From positions 1 through 64,000 of the forward strand of contig JBFJCP010000021.1 in NCBI GenBank assembly GCA_041615815.1: a stretch of 64,000 bases of DNA, read 5' to 3'. Below, piece after piece: positions 62,451 to 64,000 of this stretch (positions are counted from its first letter, which is position 1; each line of letters opens with the position of its first letter). Position numbers and translations under genes: made by a program. The stretch comes from Gemmatimonadales bacterium (GTDB taxonomy: Bacteria > Gemmatimonadota > Gemmatimonadetes > Gemmatimonadales > GWC2-71-9). Under the pieces are notes generated by a model. The model was not told the DNA's origin. It ran no database searches and saw only the letters and a program-made list of their open reading frames with translations.

Positions 62451-62464
62451 GGCACATGAGTTGC
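62451..62464 (+). promoter_or_regulatory. sigma54 (-24/-12) promoter upstream of the pilin cluster
   Basis: GGCACATGAGTTGC is a near-consensus GG-N10-GC, ~75 nt before ATG 62541. Confidence 0.7.
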
Positions 62465-62540
62465 CACAAGGGTTTGTGTGGGAGACCTTATGTAAGGAGG
62501 GGGGTCCCTCCGATCCGGCGTGTCAACGAGGATGAGGTCC

Positions 62541-63122
62541 ATGTACCGAGGTTGTGGTAGGCGATCCAACGAGGAAGGCTTCACGATCATTGAGGTGATC
62601 ATCGTGGCGGTAGTGATTGGACTACTTGCGGCGATCGCCATTCCCAATATCGACCTGTCCCGCTATCGCATCGACAATGCCATGCGCAGTGTGGGCACGA
62701 GCCTGCAGGCTGCGCAGCGGCGAGCCGTGACGCGCCAACATGACGTCATCGTGCTCATTGATGCGACGGCAAGTACCATTCGAGTCCACGAGGACGTGAA
62801 TAACAACCAGACCCATGATACGGGTGAGCTCATCCGGGCATTTCCCATGGGCGATCAAGTGCTCGTAGGGCTGGGAAACGCTCCACCCCACCCGATAGGT
62901 GCCGGTCCCGTGACGTTTACAAAGCAAGTTGACGGGGTCCCCGCCGTCACCTTCCACCGGAACGGCAGCGCGAGTGAGCTTGGCGGGGTGTACCTGACGT
63001 CCCGCCGTGCCGTGAATACCGGCGCCCATCCGGATGATACACGCCTACTGGAGGTCGAGCGGGCGACGGGGCGAGTCTCCTGGTGGCGCTATCTCGCCGG
63101 CAGCTGGAAGAGAGAGTTCTGA
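62541..63122 (+). CDS. Type IV prepilin-like protein (FimT/FimU/GspH-like)
   Basis: G|FTIIEVIIVAVVIGLLAAIAIP cleavage/methylation motif; LQAAQRRAV; VTFHRNGS. Confidence 0.85.
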   Translation: MYRGCGRRSNEEGFTIIEVIIVAVVIGLLAAIAIPNIDLSRYRIDNAMRSVGTSLQAAQRRAVTRQHDVIVLIDATASTIRVHEDVNNNQTHDTGELIRAFPMGDQVLVGLGNAPPHPIGAGPVTFTKQVDGVPAVTFHRNGSASELGGVYLTSRRAVNTGAHPDDTRLLEVERATGRVSWWRYLAGSWKREF

Positions 63123-63502
63123 TGCGTGGACGAAACGGATTCACTCTGATCGAGGTCATGATGGCGCTCGTGATCCTCGCGATCGTGATCCTCGGCATGG
63201 CCACGACGACGGCACAAGTCCTGCATGTAGTTACCCTTAGCGACCGGAACGCCGCCGCGATCCAGTTGGTCGATGGCCGGGTCGAGGAGATCCAGATGGA
63301 CCCGGACTACAACGGTCTCGACTCGGCATACGCCGGGATAGAGAGTAGCTTCCCGACTCTTCCGGGGTATACCCGGGAGACCAGGATTGCGCGGATCGGG
63401 GGCCTGGGTCAAACACAAGACTACAAGAAGATCACGGTAACGGTGACGGGGCCCGGTTTGGACGGTCCAGTCTCGCGGACCGTGGCGGTGGCAGCGCCAT
63501 GA
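63122..63502 (+). CDS. Type IV minor pilin (PilV-like)
   Basis: MRGRNG|FTLIEVMMALVILAIVILG. Confidence 0.85.
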   Translation: MRGRNGFTLIEVMMALVILAIVILGMATTTAQVLHVVTLSDRNAAAIQLVDGRVEEIQMDPDYNGLDSAYAGIESSFPTLPGYTRETRIARIGGLGQTQDYKKITVTVTGPGLDGPVSRTVAVAAP

Positions 63503-64000
63503 CTGAGCGACGCTGGAGCGCCGATCGGCGCGGTATGACCATCATCGAGATGCTGGTGGCGATGGCGGTATTCAGTATCGTCGTGGCCGGCGCGTTTGCG
63601 GTCTTGCGTTCGGAGAGCCGGGGGATGGCGCTCGGGTCGGAGCGAGCGAACGCCCTCCAGAATCTCCGGTTCGCGACCAATGTCCTGGAACTCGATCTGC
63701 GCACCCTGGGAGCCAACGTTCCGGACGAGCAGCCGTTCCTGATCTACGCCGATGAGAACGTCGTGGCGTTCAACGCCGATTATGCGACCAACGTGGCGAA
63801 CGATCCCTACGCGGTGTACTACGATCCCGATGCCCCGAGCGGCTCGGTGACGGCGCTGACAGCCGCGCAGCAGATCACCCTACCGCTCACGAGCTTCGTG
63901 TATCCTCAGGTCGACTACATGGGGTTGGGGGGTACAATCAACAGCCCCGCCGAGACGATCATCTTCTTCTTCGATCTGGATACCGCCACTACGCGCTCGG
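63499..64000 (+). CDS. Type IV minor pilin (PilW-like), runs off the right edge
   Basis: MTERRWSADRRG|MTIIEMLVAMAVFSIVVAG...QNLRFATNVLELDLRTLG; ATGA overlap with the previous gene. Confidence 0.8.
   Translation, partial: MTERRWSADRRGMTIIEMLVAMAVFSIVVAGAFAVLRSESRGMALGSERANALQNLRFATNVLELDLRTLGANVPDEQPFLIYADENVVAFNADYATNVANDPYAVYYDPDAPSGSVTALTAAQQITLPLTSFVYPQVDYMGLGGTINSPAETIIFFFDLDTATTRS

Overview
High-GC bacterial chromosomal window. Gene order and content suggest Gemmatimonadota, but that is inference and was not tested. Bases ~178-16810 hold a copper/heavy-metal cluster, almost all on the minus strand. In order: a HAMP sensor kinase and a sigma54-dependent (NtrC-type) response regulator; a His/Glu-rich YtkA-like lipoprotein, a beta-barrel porin and a diheme cytochrome c; a CutF-like leader ORF ending in PPPRA ahead of cusCBA; a decayed NHL-repeat/beta-barrel chimera; a 26-aa His-rich peptide coupled to a CopB-type ATPase; a methyltransferase; and a convergent periplasmic SnoaL-like protein. 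Two -24/-12 promoters in the cluster share one layout, each with a pair of TGGGK-N6-CCCCA palindromes ~77-115 bp upstream. This is the best candidate for an undescribed system. The rest is mostly housekeeping: fprA, dacB, tamA/tamB, a lipid kinase, a HAD hydrolase, acpS, a Fur-boxed cytochrome c-FTR1 fusion, a SARP-AAA regulator and a Ser/Thr kinase. A ~14.7-kb coupled operon follows (yebC-ruvCAB-queA-tgt-yajC-def-fmt-thiESG-rsmB-PASTA-rpe-tlpA-ybbR-tsaD-lgt), with an unannotated 54-aa zinc-ribbon gene between ruvA and ruvB. After it come an atypical DnaB-like ATPase, a PorX-like REC-PglZ regulator, an MsbA-like ABC transporter, a patatin-ferredoxin fusion, a class V aminotransferase, HIT, tyrS, PBP1A, and the start of a sigma54-preceded type IV minor-pilin cluster. 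I recognised no rRNA, tRNA, CRISPR array or transposase. All calls come from reading motifs by eye; no database searches were run.
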